Positions 1 to 10,197 of a DNA stretch of 64,000 nucleotides are shown piece after piece. This DNA comes from Planctomycetota bacterium. Its GTDB lineage: Bacteria > Planctomycetota > Phycisphaerae > WQYP01. The stretch spans positions 7,978 to 71,977 of the forward strand of contig JAJYFE010000002.1 of the NCBI GenBank assembly GCA_021785435.1, given 5' to 3'. A program made the position numbers and the translations under genes. Each line of letters starts with the position of its first letter. Within the stretch, counting starts at the first letter, position 1. The notes below the pieces were generated by a model. It had not been told where the DNA came from. It made no database searches and saw only the letters and a list, made by a program, of their open reading frames with translations.

Positions 1-580
1 GGACCTGATCGCCGCCTTTGAACAGGATCAGCGGGTGCACCGTTATGAAACCTTCCCGCAGCTTCTCGACTACTGCCGACGCAGTGCGGATCCCGTGGGA
101 CGGCTCGTGTTGTATCTGTGCGGCTACCGGGATGCCCAGCGCCAGACCTTGTCCGACCAGACGTGCACCGCTTTGCAGTTAACCAACTTCTGGCAGGATG
201 TGCGCCGCGATTTGCTTCAGCGCGATCGCGTCTATCTGCCGGCGGAGTCCCTGCGCCGTTTCCACGTCTCGCTCGAACAATTGCGCCAGGGCCGCTGTGA
301 TGAAAACTACCGTCAGTTGCTGCGTTTTGAGGTGGAGCGCACCGCGGTGCGCTTCGCGGAAGGCGGGCGGTTGCTGGAGTTGATCCGGCCGGCGTTGCGC
401 CTGCCGATCGCTCTGTTCAGTGCCGGCGGCCTGGCGGTTCTAGAGGAAATACGCCGGCGCAACTACGATACGCTCAGCGCGCGCCCGGCCCTTTCCCGCA
501 CCCGCAAGCTGCGCTTGCTGATCCGGGCGGTGGCCGCCATGGCCTTCGGCGGCTGGCGGGCCAGGGAGCATGTTCCATGA
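1..580 (+). CDS. Squalene/phytoene synthase family protein, C-terminal part (HpnC/HpnD type); the N-terminus lies upstream of the window
   Basis: ORF 35..580 is open to the window edge. Motifs YCRRSADPVGRLV, QLTNFWQDVRRD and RVYLP are typical of class-1 isoprenoid synthases. The stop codon overlaps the next start (ATGA at 577). Confidence 0.7.
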   Translation, partial: DLIAAFEQDQRVHRYETFPQLLDYCRRSADPVGRLVLYLCGYRDAQRQTLSDQTCTALQLTNFWQDVRRDLLQRDRVYLPAESLRRFHVSLEQLRQGRCDENYRQLLRFEVERTAVRFAEGGRLLELIRPALRLPIALFSAGGLAVLEEIRRRNYDTLSARPALSRTRKLRLLIRAVAAMAFGGWRAREHVP

Positions 581-1701
581 GCCGCGCTGTCGTATCGCTT
601 TATGCCGGCGCCTTAGCCGCGTCGTACCAATTCTGCCGTGACGTAACCCGACGCGTGGGAAGAAACTTTTATTACGGCATGAAGTTGCTGCCGCCGGCCA
701 AGCGTTCCAGCTTGTTCGCCCTGTACGCCTGGATGCGCCGTGCGGACGATTTGGCCGATGCCACGACCGCGGAGTCTATTCCCCAGCGGATCGAAATGCT
801 GGAGCAGTTTCGCCGCGCCACCCGCCTGGCCATAGCGCTGGACGGCGCCACCCCGGCCGCTGCCGGGCCACTTTCGGGCAAGCCGTGGCCGTCGTGGGGC
901 GAGCTGGCCTTGACCCATGGCCTGCCCGCCGCTCCGCCCCCGCCGGTCGCCCCCGTCCCGCGGACACCTAGGGAAAATGAAAATGGCGCCAACCTTGCCG
1001 ATATAGCCCTGATCGGGGAGTCGCCTTGGGAGACCTTCTCGGAGGTGGTGCCTCCGGGACCACCCCACCCCGCCATTCTCAAGACAGATGACTGGTCCGG
1101 CTGGCTGGCCTTCCGTGATTGTGTGCACCGACATAGGCTTCCCGCCGCACTCTTTGACGCCATGATCGACGGGCAGCAGCAGGATCTGGCGTTTGTCGAG
1201 CCAGCGACCTTTGATCAACTGGAGCGCTATTGCTACCGGGTGGCCGGCGTCGTCGGACTGGCGAATATCCACATCTTCGGTTACACGGGTGGTTCCGCGA
1301 CGGAGGCCTTGGCCGTCGATCTCGGCACCGCTTTTCAATTGACCAATATCCTGCGCGACCTGCGGGAGGATGCGCAACGCGGCCGTATTTATCTGCCCCG
1401 GGATGAGCGGCAGCGGTTTGCGGTTACCCTCGCAGATATCTTGGCCAGCCGGTCCGGTCCGCATTTCGACGAATTTATGCAATGGCAGATCCGGCGGGCT
1501 GAGGATTTGTATAAACGGTCCGCACCGCTGGAGGCGCGCATTTGTGCCGACTCCCGCCCCGCGCTGCTGGCCATGACGGGCGTTTATCACGGCCTGCTCA
1601 AAAGAATATCGCGCCATCCACGGCGGGTGCTGCACGGCCGCGTCCGCTTAGGCGCACTGACCAAAACCGCCATCGCCTGGCGGGCCATTTTAAGCCGGTA
1701 A
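577..1701 (+). CDS. Squalene/phytoene synthase family protein (HpnD-like) carrying a ~90-aa Pro-rich insertion
   Basis: Motifs YYGMKLLP, YAWMRRADDLAD, YCYRVAGVVGL and QLTNILRDLREDAQRGRIYLP. Translationally coupled to the upstream paralog. Confidence 0.7.
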   Translation: MSRAVVSLYAGALAASYQFCRDVTRRVGRNFYYGMKLLPPAKRSSLFALYAWMRRADDLADATTAESIPQRIEMLEQFRRATRLAIALDGATPAAAGPLSGKPWPSWGELALTHGLPAAPPPPVAPVPRTPRENENGANLADIALIGESPWETFSEVVPPGPPHPAILKTDDWSGWLAFRDCVHRHRLPAALFDAMIDGQQQDLAFVEPATFDQLERYCYRVAGVVGLANIHIFGYTGGSATEALAVDLGTAFQLTNILRDLREDAQRGRIYLPRDERQRFAVTLADILASRSGPHFDEFMQWQIRRAEDLYKRSAPLEARICADSRPALLAMTGVYHGLLKRISRHPRRVLHGRVRLGALTKTAIAWRAILSR

Positions 1702-2094
1702 CCAGACCAACGAAAATTGGCCGTGGACTATTTCCCGCCCCCCCACCGAGGCGGACCCTTCGCATAAGAACATGTTCCCGATCCGCTGGATCATTTTCAC
1801 CCGCAGTTCCACCCGCTCCCCGGCGGCCGGCGCGCCGGCAATGGCTACATCCCGCAGTCCGATCAACATGCCGCGGCCGGCGCGCCCCGCCGCCGTGGCG
1901 ACGCCCGCGCAGGCCGCGGTCTGCGCTATCATTTCAATCAGCGCGCTACGTGGCAGACGTCCGCCAGTGAGAAAAGGATGTTCCGCGGAAATGGTGCTGT
2001 GGGCCGCCACGGTTCCATCCGCCTGCAGCACCGCGTCGTCCAGCCAATGCATCGGCGGGCGATGCGGAATCCCTTCCACCAAGTCGCTGTCCAT
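1690..2094 (-). CDS. FabZ/FabA-like hotdog-fold 3-hydroxyacyl dehydratase
   Basis: IPHRPPMHWLD resembles the FabZ LPHRYPFLLVD motif. Start moved from the TTG at 2160 to the internal ATG at 2094 (MDSDLVEG). Overall pattern is hotdog-like. Confidence 0.5.
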   Translation of the reverse strand: MDSDLVEGIPHRPPMHWLDDAVLQADGTVAAHSTISAEHPFLTGGRLPRSALIEMIAQTAACAGVATAAGRAGRGMLIGLRDVAIAGAPAAGERVELRVKMIQRIGNMFLCEGSASVGGREIVHGQFSLVWLPA

Positions 2095-2164
2095 GCGTTT
2101 ATTGTCACAGCGCGGTCCGCGGACCGCAACCCCAACGGCCAGACCCCAAGGCTGCGGCAAGTTT

Positions 2165-3241
2165 TCAGCTTTCGGTGTTTCGATGGGCGCGTTCCAGCGC
2201 TCTGGCGATCAGCGCCAAGCTTTCTTGTTTGAGCCGCAGGCAGGTCCGCCGAGACGCCGCCTGAAGCTGTCGGGACGGCTCGCCCCCCGCTCGATGCCGG
2301 CCGGCTTCGGAAATCTCCGACGCGCTGGTGGCGGCGTCAGGGCTATCACCAAGGTCTGGCGCACCGCCGTCGGGAGTGGATATGGCGTCAGGATACAAGA
2401 TTCCCAGCGGTTCGACCCGCAATGGCACGTCAAAAATGGCGATGTGATCCGGCGTCATGCACCGTCCAGAGCCGTGAATCGCCACCGGTACGATTGGACA
2501 ATTCGTGCGCGCCGCCAGCAGAAACGCCCCATCGTGGAATCTTCCCAGGCGTCCGTTACGCGAACGCGTTCCCTCCGGAAAGACGTATAAACTAACGCCC
2601 CGGCGCAGGCTTTCCGCGGCCTGTTCCAGCACGTCGGCGTGTTGGACGTGCAAATGGCCGCACAGCTTCATTAGAGCGCCCAGAAAGGGCATCCGAAACG
2701 GCCAGTTCTTAGCCCAGCAGCGGGCGTCCGGCGGCAATTGCAGCAGCAACAGAATGTCAATGGCCGATTGATGGTTCGCCACCAGAATGCAAGGCTGCGG
2801 AACCGCCCGCCAGTCGAACGGCGCGATCCATAGATTCCGACCGCAGAAACCGTGCATTCCGTGGCGGTACAGCGCCCGCACGATGCGCCGCGCCAGGCGC
2901 CGGTCCCGATCCCACCACTGATTGAACACCCACAGCCATGGCCCCAGCACCACCACAAAAAAGACCAGATACGTGGCAAACCATCCAAACACTTGTACGC
3001 TGCGCAACACGACGCGCCAAGTTACACGGGCCGGCTGGAATCCCGTCGGCGGCGCCGGCCGTGGTGAACCGGCGCCGGGCTGGGCCGTCCCCAAAGATGC
3101 CGACGCCACGACGGCGCACACCGCGTGCCGGCTACCAGACCTGCCGCCGCGGGGCCGTCCGCAGGTGCAACTTGCCTTCACTGAAGGCGGCCGCAGCGGC
3201 CTCGCTCCAAGAACGGCAGCTAGTCCACGAAACGGAAACAT
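2165..3241 (-). CDS. Membrane-anchored lysophospholipid acyltransferase (PlsC/LPLAT family)
   Basis: The NHQSAIDILLL (HX4D) and FPEGTRS motifs are present. A TM segment precedes the catalytic domain. AAGGTG lies upstream of the ATG at 3241. Confidence 0.6.
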   Translation of the reverse strand: MFPFRGLAAVLGARPLRPPSVKASCTCGRPRGGRSGSRHAVCAVVASASLGTAQPGAGSPRPAPPTGFQPARVTWRVVLRSVQVFGWFATYLVFFVVVLGPWLWVFNQWWDRDRRLARRIVRALYRHGMHGFCGRNLWIAPFDWRAVPQPCILVANHQSAIDILLLLQLPPDARCWAKNWPFRMPFLGALMKLCGHLHVQHADVLEQAAESLRRGVSLYVFPEGTRSRNGRLGRFHDGAFLLAARTNCPIVPVAIHGSGRCMTPDHIAIFDVPLRVEPLGILYPDAISTPDGGAPDLGDSPDAATSASEISEAGRHRAGGEPSRQLQAASRRTCLRLKQESLALIARALERAHRNTES

Positions 3242-3419
3242 CGGCAGCTCTTACACCTTTATGGCGGGCTTTTGATACTCTGCCATTCTATCCGGTTTCC
3301 ACGGCGCAGGCGTTCCCAAGCATGGGGCGATCGGCCGTGGGTGAGCGAGAACCGAAAGTCCCCCAACTGACCGCCCGAACATTCGCCCCCGCGACTGATT
3401 AAAATGGCTTGACTCCGCG

Positions 3420-3525
3420 CTGGAGTTTCGTCGCCCCCGGCGACTTTGGGGCTAGGTGGTACGCGGGGTTTTGAGTTCATAGCCCGGAGGTCGCCATGGG
3501 CGACGAAACTGCAGCGATGGGTGGT
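3420..3525. repeat. Head-to-head pair of ~47-bp family-1 palindromic elements (cores GTCGCCCCCGGCGAC at 3430-3444 and GTCGCCATGGGCGAC at 3490-3504)
   Basis: The two units are reverse complements of each other. The same unit recurs at 10040-10085 and 19048-19095. Confidence 0.6.
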
Positions 3526-3586
3526 AACGGCTCCAGCCCCGAAACAGTTACAATAATGCCAACTGAATGGTGACCGGTACGCAACC

Positions 3587-4732
3587 TTGATTGCTTGCTC
3601 TTTCTTTGGCTGCACCCGTGAATATTCGAGCTTGGACGTGCTGTTTGAAGCGTGGCTGCAACCGGCGCCGGCCCTGGCCCGGCTTGGTGAACCTTCCGAT
3701 GAGACCGTGCTCTGGAATGACCTGGTTCGCCGGGCGATTCAGCCTGTCTTACCCGCGCCCCGACAGCGCCGTCAGTGTGGCTTTATCCTCGCCACTACCA
3801 AGGGCGACATCGGCCGGCTGGAAACTTGGTTAAGCGCTGTGGATGCGAAGGGCGACGGGGAGCGCCTCCGTGGCCTGCCACCAACCGCTCCTTCCGCCTC
3901 TTACCAGACGCCTACCGCTGGCCCGTCTGTAGTCCCACTGCTATCCCAATCCGTCGGTACTCTGGCCGACCAGTTCAAGCTGGACGGGCCGCGGTTTTGT
4001 GTTTCCACGGCGTGCGCATCGGGACTGGCGGGCCTGATTGAAGCGGCCATAATGGTGCAAACCGGTGAAGCGCCGCGCATGCTGGTCTGCGGCGCCGATA
4101 TCGCCGGCGGCTTTGTCCGCGATGGGTTTGCGGCGCTAAAGGCGATCAGCGCCACCGCTTGCCGCCCGTTCGACAAACACCGTGATGGGTTGGCCCTTGG
4201 ATCCGCGGCCGCAGCCAGCCTGGTGGAACCCGCCCCGGTTATGCCGCGCCGTGGAACCAACCCCGCCATCGCTCTGGCAGGCTGGGCTGTGGCGACGGAT
4301 GCGGTGCACTTGACCGCACCGGATCGGCAGGCCGGCGGGCTTATACGCGCTATTCAAGGCGCCCTGGCCATGGCTGGAATTGAGCCTGGCCAAGTCGACG
4401 CGGTGCTTCTCCACGGCACCGGCACGCCGTACAACGACGCCATGGAGGCCACTGCGATGCGCCGGCTGTTCACGCACCAACCGCCCCTGACCGCAGTGAA
4501 AGGATTGATTGGCCATACGCTGGGGGCCAGCGGCCTGATTGAAACCGCTCTCGCCGCCCGGATGCTGCAGCGTCAGCTCGTGCCGCCCGTCACCGGCCTG
4601 CGGGAATCGCAGTTCCCGGACCTGCGCTTGGTGCAGGGTCGGCCCCTGCGCCGACCGCTGCGCCACGTCCTGAAAACCGCCAGCGGCTTCGGCGGCCTCA
4701 ATGCCGCCGTCATCCTCGCAGCGCGACGCTGA
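3587..4732 (+). CDS. Beta-ketoacyl-ACP synthase (KAS I/II family) protein
   Basis: Active-site CVSTACASG, HGTGTPYND and GHTLGASG motifs. The N-terminus is short, begins at a TTG, and is uncertain. Confidence 0.65.
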   Translation: MIACSFFGCTREYSSLDVLFEAWLQPAPALARLGEPSDETVLWNDLVRRAIQPVLPAPRQRRQCGFILATTKGDIGRLETWLSAVDAKGDGERLRGLPPTAPSASYQTPTAGPSVVPLLSQSVGTLADQFKLDGPRFCVSTACASGLAGLIEAAIMVQTGEAPRMLVCGADIAGGFVRDGFAALKAISATACRPFDKHRDGLALGSAAAASLVEPAPVMPRRGTNPAIALAGWAVATDAVHLTAPDRQAGGLIRAIQGALAMAGIEPGQVDAVLLHGTGTPYNDAMEATAMRRLFTHQPPLTAVKGLIGHTLGASGLIETALAARMLQRQLVPPVTGLRESQFPDLRLVQGRPLRRPLRHVLKTASGFGGLNAAVILAARR

Positions 4733-4872
4733 TCCCCGCCGGCTGGTTTCATCGGCGGCCATGGTTATTTCCAATTATCATAGCGCCGCCAGGTCGCCAC
4801 TGGGATGCCATTAGGCGACTCGACCAAGGCCTGCTCGTCCCCCGGCGCGGTGACCGGTGTTCGGCACTATCT

Positions 4873-5586
4873 TCACTCTCCGCGAAGCCGCTGAATTGTC
4901 GCGGCCCAATCCGGAGCGCGGAAAATCGCGGCCCCGGCCACCAGCACGTCGGCGCCCGCCCGGAGCGCGTCTGGCGCGGTCTGCAGACCGATGCCGCCGT
5001 CGATTTGAAGGCGCTGGTGCGGACTCAGGCGGCGGTGTAATTCCGTGACTTTCGACAGCGTCTCGGGCATAAAATTCTGACCTGTAAAACCCGGATGCAC
5101 GCTCATCACCAGCACCAGATCCGCCAGGGACAGGATTGACTCCAGCGCCGCGACCGGCGTGGATGGATTGAGCGCCACGCCGGCGGTGGCGCCGCGCGCA
5201 TGAATGCGCCGAATCAAATCGGAAGCGGAACACCGCGCCAGGCCCGGCGCTTCAATATGAAAGCTGATATGGCCGGCGCCGGCATCCAGAAATGGTTCGA
5301 TGAAGTTTTGCGGATCGGTCACCATCAGGTGCACGTCTGGCATCAGGCGGCAGCTTCGGCGCAAAGCCTGCACCATATCCGGCCCCATGGTCAGATTGGG
5401 GACAAAGTGACCGTCCATGATATCCACGTGGATCAGATCCGCGCCCGCCTTTTCGACTTCGTTCACCTGCCGTCCAATCTGGCCAAAATCCGCCGCCAGA
5501 AGGGACGGTGCGATTAAAGGCAAGTGCGGCGGATGCGGAAATACGCTTACGTTGCTTTTCAAACTGTATCCAGAATATCCAGACAT
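4873..5586 (-). CDS. rpe: Ribulose-phosphate 3-epimerase
   Basis: [10 protein letters not shown] and [10 protein letters not shown] motifs. The true start is probably ~60 nt inside the called ORF, which would avoid the overlap with the pgk stop. Confidence 0.8.
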   Translation of the reverse strand: MSGYSGYSLKSNVSVFPHPPHLPLIAPSLLAADFGQIGRQVNEVEKAGADLIHVDIMDGHFVPNLTMGPDMVQALRRSCRLMPDVHLMVTDPQNFIEPFLDAGAGHISFHIEAPGLARCSASDLIRRIHARGATAGVALNPSTPVAALESILSLADLVLVMSVHPGFTGQNFMPETLSKVTELHRRLSPHQRLQIDGGIGLQTAPDALRAGADVLVAGAAIFRAPDWAATIQRLRGE

Positions 5587-6749
5587 TCCAGGCCGCGGCC
5601 TTCCATAAATTCCAGGCTCGCCCCGCCGCCCGTGGAGACGTGCGACACTTTTTCCGCGAGATGCAGCTTTTCAATGGCCGCCGCGGAATCGCCCCCGCCG
5701 ATCACCGTCGTCGCCCCGCCCGCCGTGATTTGCGCCAGGACCATGGCGATGGCCCGCGTGCCATTGGCAAACGGCTTTTTCTCAAAGACGCCCATAGGTC
5801 CGTTCCACAGCACGGTTTTGGCGTTTTGAATTTTCGCGCTATACAGCGCCACCGTTTTCGGGCCGATGTCTAGGCCTTCCTGCCCATCCGGAATATCGCC
5901 CTGCACCACCTCCGTGGCGGCGGTGTCCGAGATTTCGGCCGCGATGACCGTATCCACCGGGAGCAGTAGTTTGCCGCCGCCTTTCTGGAGCAGCGCTGCG
6001 GCCAACGGAACCTTATCTTTCTCGCACAGCGACTGGCCGATCTTACGGCCCTGCGCCAGAAAGAACGTATACGCCATGGCCCCGCCGATCAGAACCAGGT
6101 CGGCCTTGGACCGCAGATTCTCAATGACGGAAATTTTGTCCGATACCTTCGCTCCACCGAGAATCGCGACGAATGGCCGCACCGGGTGTTCCAGCGCCTC
6201 GCCAAGAAACCGCAACTCCTTTTCCACCAGAAAGCCGATGACGCGTTTACCCGGCCCGAGCAACTCCGGCACACCGTAGGTGGAGGCGTGCTTGCGGTGC
6301 GCCGTGCCAAAGGCGTCGTTGACATAAAGTGTGCCCCCTTGGGCCAGCGCGGCGGCGAAGGCGGCGTCATTTTTTTCCTCGCCTTTATGAAAACGCGTAT
6401 TCTCCAGCACCAGCACATCGCCGGCGGCCATTTTTTGAACCAGACCCTGTACCTCCGGTCCGATGCAATCCGGCGCCATGGCGACCGGCCGGTGCAGCAG
6501 TTCACCCAACCGCACGGCGGTCGGCGCCAGGGAAAATTTCGGGTTGGCCGCGCCTTGGGGCCGGCCCAGGTGGCTCATCAGAATCGCTTTGCCGCCGCGT
6601 TCTATGATGCTGCGAAGCGTCGGCACGGCGGCGACGATCCGCCGATCATCGGTAATCCGGCCGCCGTCGAGCGGCACATTGAAATCAACGCGAACCAGCA
6701 CGCGCTGATTCTGTACATTCAACTGGGCCACCGTCTTTTTCTTCGCCAT
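5559..6749 (-). CDS. pgk: Phosphoglycerate kinase
   Basis: [12 protein letters not shown]...VRVDFNVPL...ILMSHLGRP motifs. Start at the ATG at 6749, with a GGAGG RBS at 6753-6765 on the minus strand. Confidence 0.9.
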   Translation of the reverse strand: MAKKKTVAQLNVQNQRVLVRVDFNVPLDGGRITDDRRIVAAVPTLRSIIERGGKAILMSHLGRPQGAANPKFSLAPTAVRLGELLHRPVAMAPDCIGPEVQGLVQKMAAGDVLVLENTRFHKGEEKNDAAFAAALAQGGTLYVNDAFGTAHRKHASTYGVPELLGPGKRVIGFLVEKELRFLGEALEHPVRPFVAILGGAKVSDKISVIENLRSKADLVLIGGAMAYTFFLAQGRKIGQSLCEKDKVPLAAALLQKGGGKLLLPVDTVIAAEISDTAATEVVQGDIPDGQEGLDIGPKTVALYSAKIQNAKTVLWNGPMGVFEKKPFANGTRAIAMVLAQITAGGATTVIGGGDSAAAIEKLHLAEKVSHVSTGGGASLEFMEGRGLECLDILDTV

Positions 6750-7136
6750 AAGTTCATTCCTCCCACTGGACGAAAACGCTCGACCTTCAGCTTTCAGCGA
6801 TCGGCGGCCGGCGGTCAACTGCCCGCCGCCGGCCGCAGTTGCCCGCGGCGGTGGCTGTAGGTCAACGCTTGGCCGGTATGCTAGGCCATGCTCCCGTACC
6901 GGTCAACTGCTCGGCGGCTCTATAGCGGTGTGGCAACCGATCGCGTATATAGCCGCCGGTTTACCGGCGGTGGGATGACCGTTGAAAACACGGCGCCGCG
7001 GTTATGGTCTGTGGCGTTGCGTACACCATCGGGCGTACCATCGCCGACCGGGTCGGCCCGACCGCTCTTGGCTCGGCGACTATATACACCACGCGCCGAC
7101 GGGATTGAACCCATCGGCACCGGCCGCGACGGGACC

Positions 7137-8855
7137 TCAAAGGCCGAGTTGGGACTGCGCCGGCACCGGCTGCGGCGCCTGCACCGGCACGATCAAGCTG
7201 AAAGTGGCCCCTTCGCCGGTGGCGCTGACCAGTTCAATGCGGGCGCCAAGCATATCCGCCAATTCCTTGCTGATGGCTAGCCCCAATCCGGTGCCGCTGT
7301 GTTGCCGGGTGACCGATGCGTCGAGCTGGTGGAATTTTTCGAAAATATCGTGGTGATGTTCCAAAGCAATGCCGGGGCCGGTGTCGCGCACGGCGATTTT
7401 GACATGAGCGCCATCCGGGGCGCTCACCGTCAGCCGGACTTGGCCATCCGGGGGAGTAAACTTGATGGCATTGGAAAGCAGGTTGTACAAAATCTGTTGA
7501 AACCGCCCCGGATCGGTCGTAACCAGCGCAATCGCCCCCTCCACCGTCAGCCCCACGTCAAGATTCTTCTTCTGGGCCAGCGGCTTCATAAAATTAATCA
7601 AGGATTCACAAATGTCCGGCACGTTCACGCGTTCCAAACGCAGGACCATTTTACCCGCTTCGATTTTGGCCAGATCCAACAGGTCGTTGATCAGCTCCAA
7701 TAATTGGCGCGCACTGTGGAGAATGTTTTCAACGTAGCGGGCCAGGCGCGGGTCGGCCCGCGCGGATTCACCCGCCGCGAGCAATTCGGCGAAGCCGATG
7801 ATGGCGTTTAACGGGGTCCGCAGCTCATGGCTGACGTTGGTTAAGAACTCACTTTTGATGCGGTTGGCCTGAAACAAATCGACATTCCGCTGGGCCAGCT
7901 CCCCGACCCGGGTGTCCAGGCTGCGGTTGGTGGCCTGCAGTTGATCCTGGGACATTTTTAAAGTGGCGAGCATGGCGTTGAACGTTTCAGAAAGCTGCTG
8001 GAATTCGTCCCCGGTGGAAATGGCCGAGCGGATGGACAGGTCGCCTTGGGCCACTTTTTCGGCGGTGTTGCGCAGCACCCGCACGGGTTGGAGGATCAGC
8101 CGCGTGGTAATCAGGTAAAACACGATGATGGCCAGGGCGCAGCCGATCAGACCGGAAACGATGATCACCAGGCGATTCAAGAGCAATTGGTCTTCATCAA
8201 TGTGGACCGGCATGGCCACGCGCACCACCGCCACCAGCGGATGTTGGTCGTGGACGCCGGCGCCGCTTCGCGCCAGGGCGGCCGGTGATGGAAACCAGGC
8301 GGCCCAGTTGCCGTGGCAGCGCAAACAGGAAACCGAGGCTCGCACCGCGGAAACGTAGTCGTACCAGGGATGTTTCTGAAAGGCGTTTTCAACCCGGCCG
8401 AAATCAAGGCGCGACCCGTGCAGAAAAAGATGAATCGCCCGCAGCGTGAGCTTATCGCGAATTTTTGGCGCCACGCCCGGCGCCGGCAGGACCACAATGC
8501 GCGGCGCTGGATAGTTCTCACCGGGTAAACCCTTGGGCCCGCCGGCGCGCCGGCGCCAGGCGGGCGACGGCGGCTTGCTCGGACGAGTGGCGCCGACGTT
8601 CCTCGGGATCAAACCCGGCGCTTGGGATAGCGCGGCCTGTTGCAAGCGGACTGCCGGCGACGCTGGACTCTGATGCACCTGGCGCAGAGCCAGGTCCGCC
8701 GCAACCCGCGCTTCATAGTACGGCTGACGGTCGGTCAGTTGCTCCATCCGCTGCCACGGAATGGTCAGGGCGCCGGCGATAATGATCAGCACGGCAAAGC
8801 CAAACAGCAGCTGGCATTTCGCAGCCAGAGATATGGTCAGCTCGCGTTTGGCCAT
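7137..8855 (-). CDS. Sensor histidine kinase (TM segments, HAMP, HisKA, HATPase_c)
   Basis: H-box SHELRTPLNAIIGFAELL plus N/G1/G2 boxes (DTGPGI, GTGLGLAI). Start taken at the internal ATG at 8855 (MAKRELT); the upstream part of the ORF is Arg/Cys-rich junk. Confidence 0.8.
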   Translation of the reverse strand: MAKRELTISLAAKCQLLFGFAVLIIIAGALTIPWQRMEQLTDRQPYYEARVAADLALRQVHQSPASPAVRLQQAALSQAPGLIPRNVGATRPSKPPSPAWRRRAGGPKGLPGENYPAPRIVVLPAPGVAPKIRDKLTLRAIHLFLHGSRLDFGRVENAFQKHPWYDYVSAVRASVSCLRCHGNWAAWFPSPAALARSGAGVHDQHPLVAVVRVAMPVHIDEDQLLLNRLVIIVSGLIGCALAIIVFYLITTRLILQPVRVLRNTAEKVAQGDLSIRSAISTGDEFQQLSETFNAMLATLKMSQDQLQATNRSLDTRVGELAQRNVDLFQANRIKSEFLTNVSHELRTPLNAIIGFAELLAAGESARADPRLARYVENILHSARQLLELINDLLDLAKIEAGKMVLRLERVNVPDICESLINFMKPLAQKKNLDVGLTVEGAIALVTTDPGRFQQILYNLLSNAIKFTPPDGQVRLTVSAPDGAHVKIAVRDTGPGIALEHHHDIFEKFHQLDASVTRQHSGTGLGLAISKELADMLGARIELVSATGEGATFSLIVPVQAPQPVPAQSQLGL

Positions 8856-9889
8856 TGAGAACCGTTCAGCAATATGCGATGGTAGCTCGAACGCAGCGCA
8901 GCATAAAAACCCAAGATGGCGCCTGTCATGCCCGCTGCGACATAGGCGATCGGAAGACCGCGGACAAGGTAAATCGGCCAGCCATACACGGCCAGCCGTG
9001 GAACCTGGCCCGGAAGCGCCGCCGCGGAGGCCAGAGGGCTGGCGGCCAGAAGATAACCGGCAGCGGCCGTCGCAGGCACGGCCAGCCAGAGGCTCCAGGT
9101 GGAAGTCCCGGGAATCGTGCGACCGGTGGCAAACGTGGCGACAAAAAAAGCGGCAAAGCACGCAAACAAAACTTGCCCCACATCCTGAGATTGAAGCAAT
9201 ATTGCCAGAATTGCCCCCGCCAACAGGCCGGTTAACAAGAATCCAGCCACCTGATCAAGCCAACGGCCCGGTGACGCCTCAGCCGCCGATTTTGCGCCGG
9301 CCAGAAGCACCCGCCCCGTGGAAGGAAAACCTGGCCCCCCCGCCCCGACGGATCGCCACGGCGCCGCCCCCGGAACACCCAGCAGCGCCGGCCAATCCTG
9401 ATGCCGGGAAAACCAGGCAAAGACCAGCCGGCAGCAAACCTCGCCCAGCAGAATAAAGATCAGCCAAAACCCACATTGCAGCAGCAAGTTGTGGAAAACG
9501 CCGCTGGAAGCGGTAGGATCCAGCAGCAAGGGCTGGACCCCGCCCCAGCGGACCGCCAGGGCCATCAAGCCGGCGTTGGCGATGAACAGCCCGGCATGGG
9601 GCATGTCGCACCAGGTCACGAGCGTTCCCACCGCCAGCGCCAGCACCAGGGCGGCGAGAATCGCCCCTGCGGCGAACCCGGAAACCGCCGGCCCCCAGGA
9701 CAACGCCAGTGTTCCATCCAGCTCCGGCGCCGGCACGCTGTGCGTGCCAACCCATAGAAATATCGCCGCAGCGATGACGATGCCCACCAGATAGCGAAGC
9801 TCACGCAGGAAAAGCCGCGCCCCCAGGGGTACCGCGTGGTCACCCGACCTGGGGTTTATGGTTTTGTTGGAAGCTGTATCCTGCGACAT
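8837..9889 (-). CDS. Polytopic integral membrane protein, unknown function
   Basis: About 9 hydrophobic helices. The 3' end overlaps the histidine kinase start by 19 nt, suggesting an operon. Confidence 0.45.
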   Translation of the reverse strand: MSQDTASNKTINPRSGDHAVPLGARLFLRELRYLVGIVIAAAIFLWVGTHSVPAPELDGTLALSWGPAVSGFAAGAILAALVLALAVGTLVTWCDMPHAGLFIANAGLMALAVRWGGVQPLLLDPTASSGVFHNLLLQCGFWLIFILLGEVCCRLVFAWFSRHQDWPALLGVPGAAPWRSVGAGGPGFPSTGRVLLAGAKSAAEASPGRWLDQVAGFLLTGLLAGAILAILLQSQDVGQVLFACFAAFFVATFATGRTIPGTSTWSLWLAVPATAAAGYLLAASPLASAAALPGQVPRLAVYGWPIYLVRGLPIAYVAAGMTGAILGFYAALRSSYHRILLNGSQWPNAS

Positions 9890-10039
9890 AGTCGGCCCGT
9901 TGGAGACTCTATGAATCGAACCACCTTCGACAATTCCCGTGCCGGCTATTATATAGGTAACCGTTCACGGGCCGCACCTGGCCCCGCGGCACGCCCGATG
10001 ACCATCGGGAGGGCTGCCGAGGTATCATGCGGCCTGTGG

Positions 10040-10085
10040 TTCATAGCCTGGAGGTCGCCGTGGGCGACTAAACTGCAATGGTGGG
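10040..10085. repeat. Family-1 palindromic element, single copy (core GTCGCCGTGGGCGAC at 10054-10068)
   Basis: Aligns to the reverse complement of the 3421-3468 unit. Confidence 0.55.
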
Positions 10086-10197
10086 CGGGAACCGCCCCCG
10101 TCCCGAGAGTCCCGATGGACATCGGCAGACCTGTGAATGGTTATTTATATACTCGGACTGGATTGGGGAGCAGCGACACGTGCCAATAGTATGCTGG

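Noticed and set aside
613-1635. 340-aa minus-strand ORF antisense to the HpnD-like gene
   Set aside because: Arg/Gly/Pro-rich low-complexity translation typical of an antisense frame in GC-rich DNA. The sense strand carries clear squalene-synthase motifs.
6860-7137. Imperfect palindromes (GCCGCCGGTttACCGGCGG; GGCGGCTCTATAGCGG / GTATATAGCCGCC) between pgk and the histidine kinase as terminators
   Set aside because: No following T-tract on either strand. It could simply be the pgk promoter region; evidence is too weak to call a terminator or operator.
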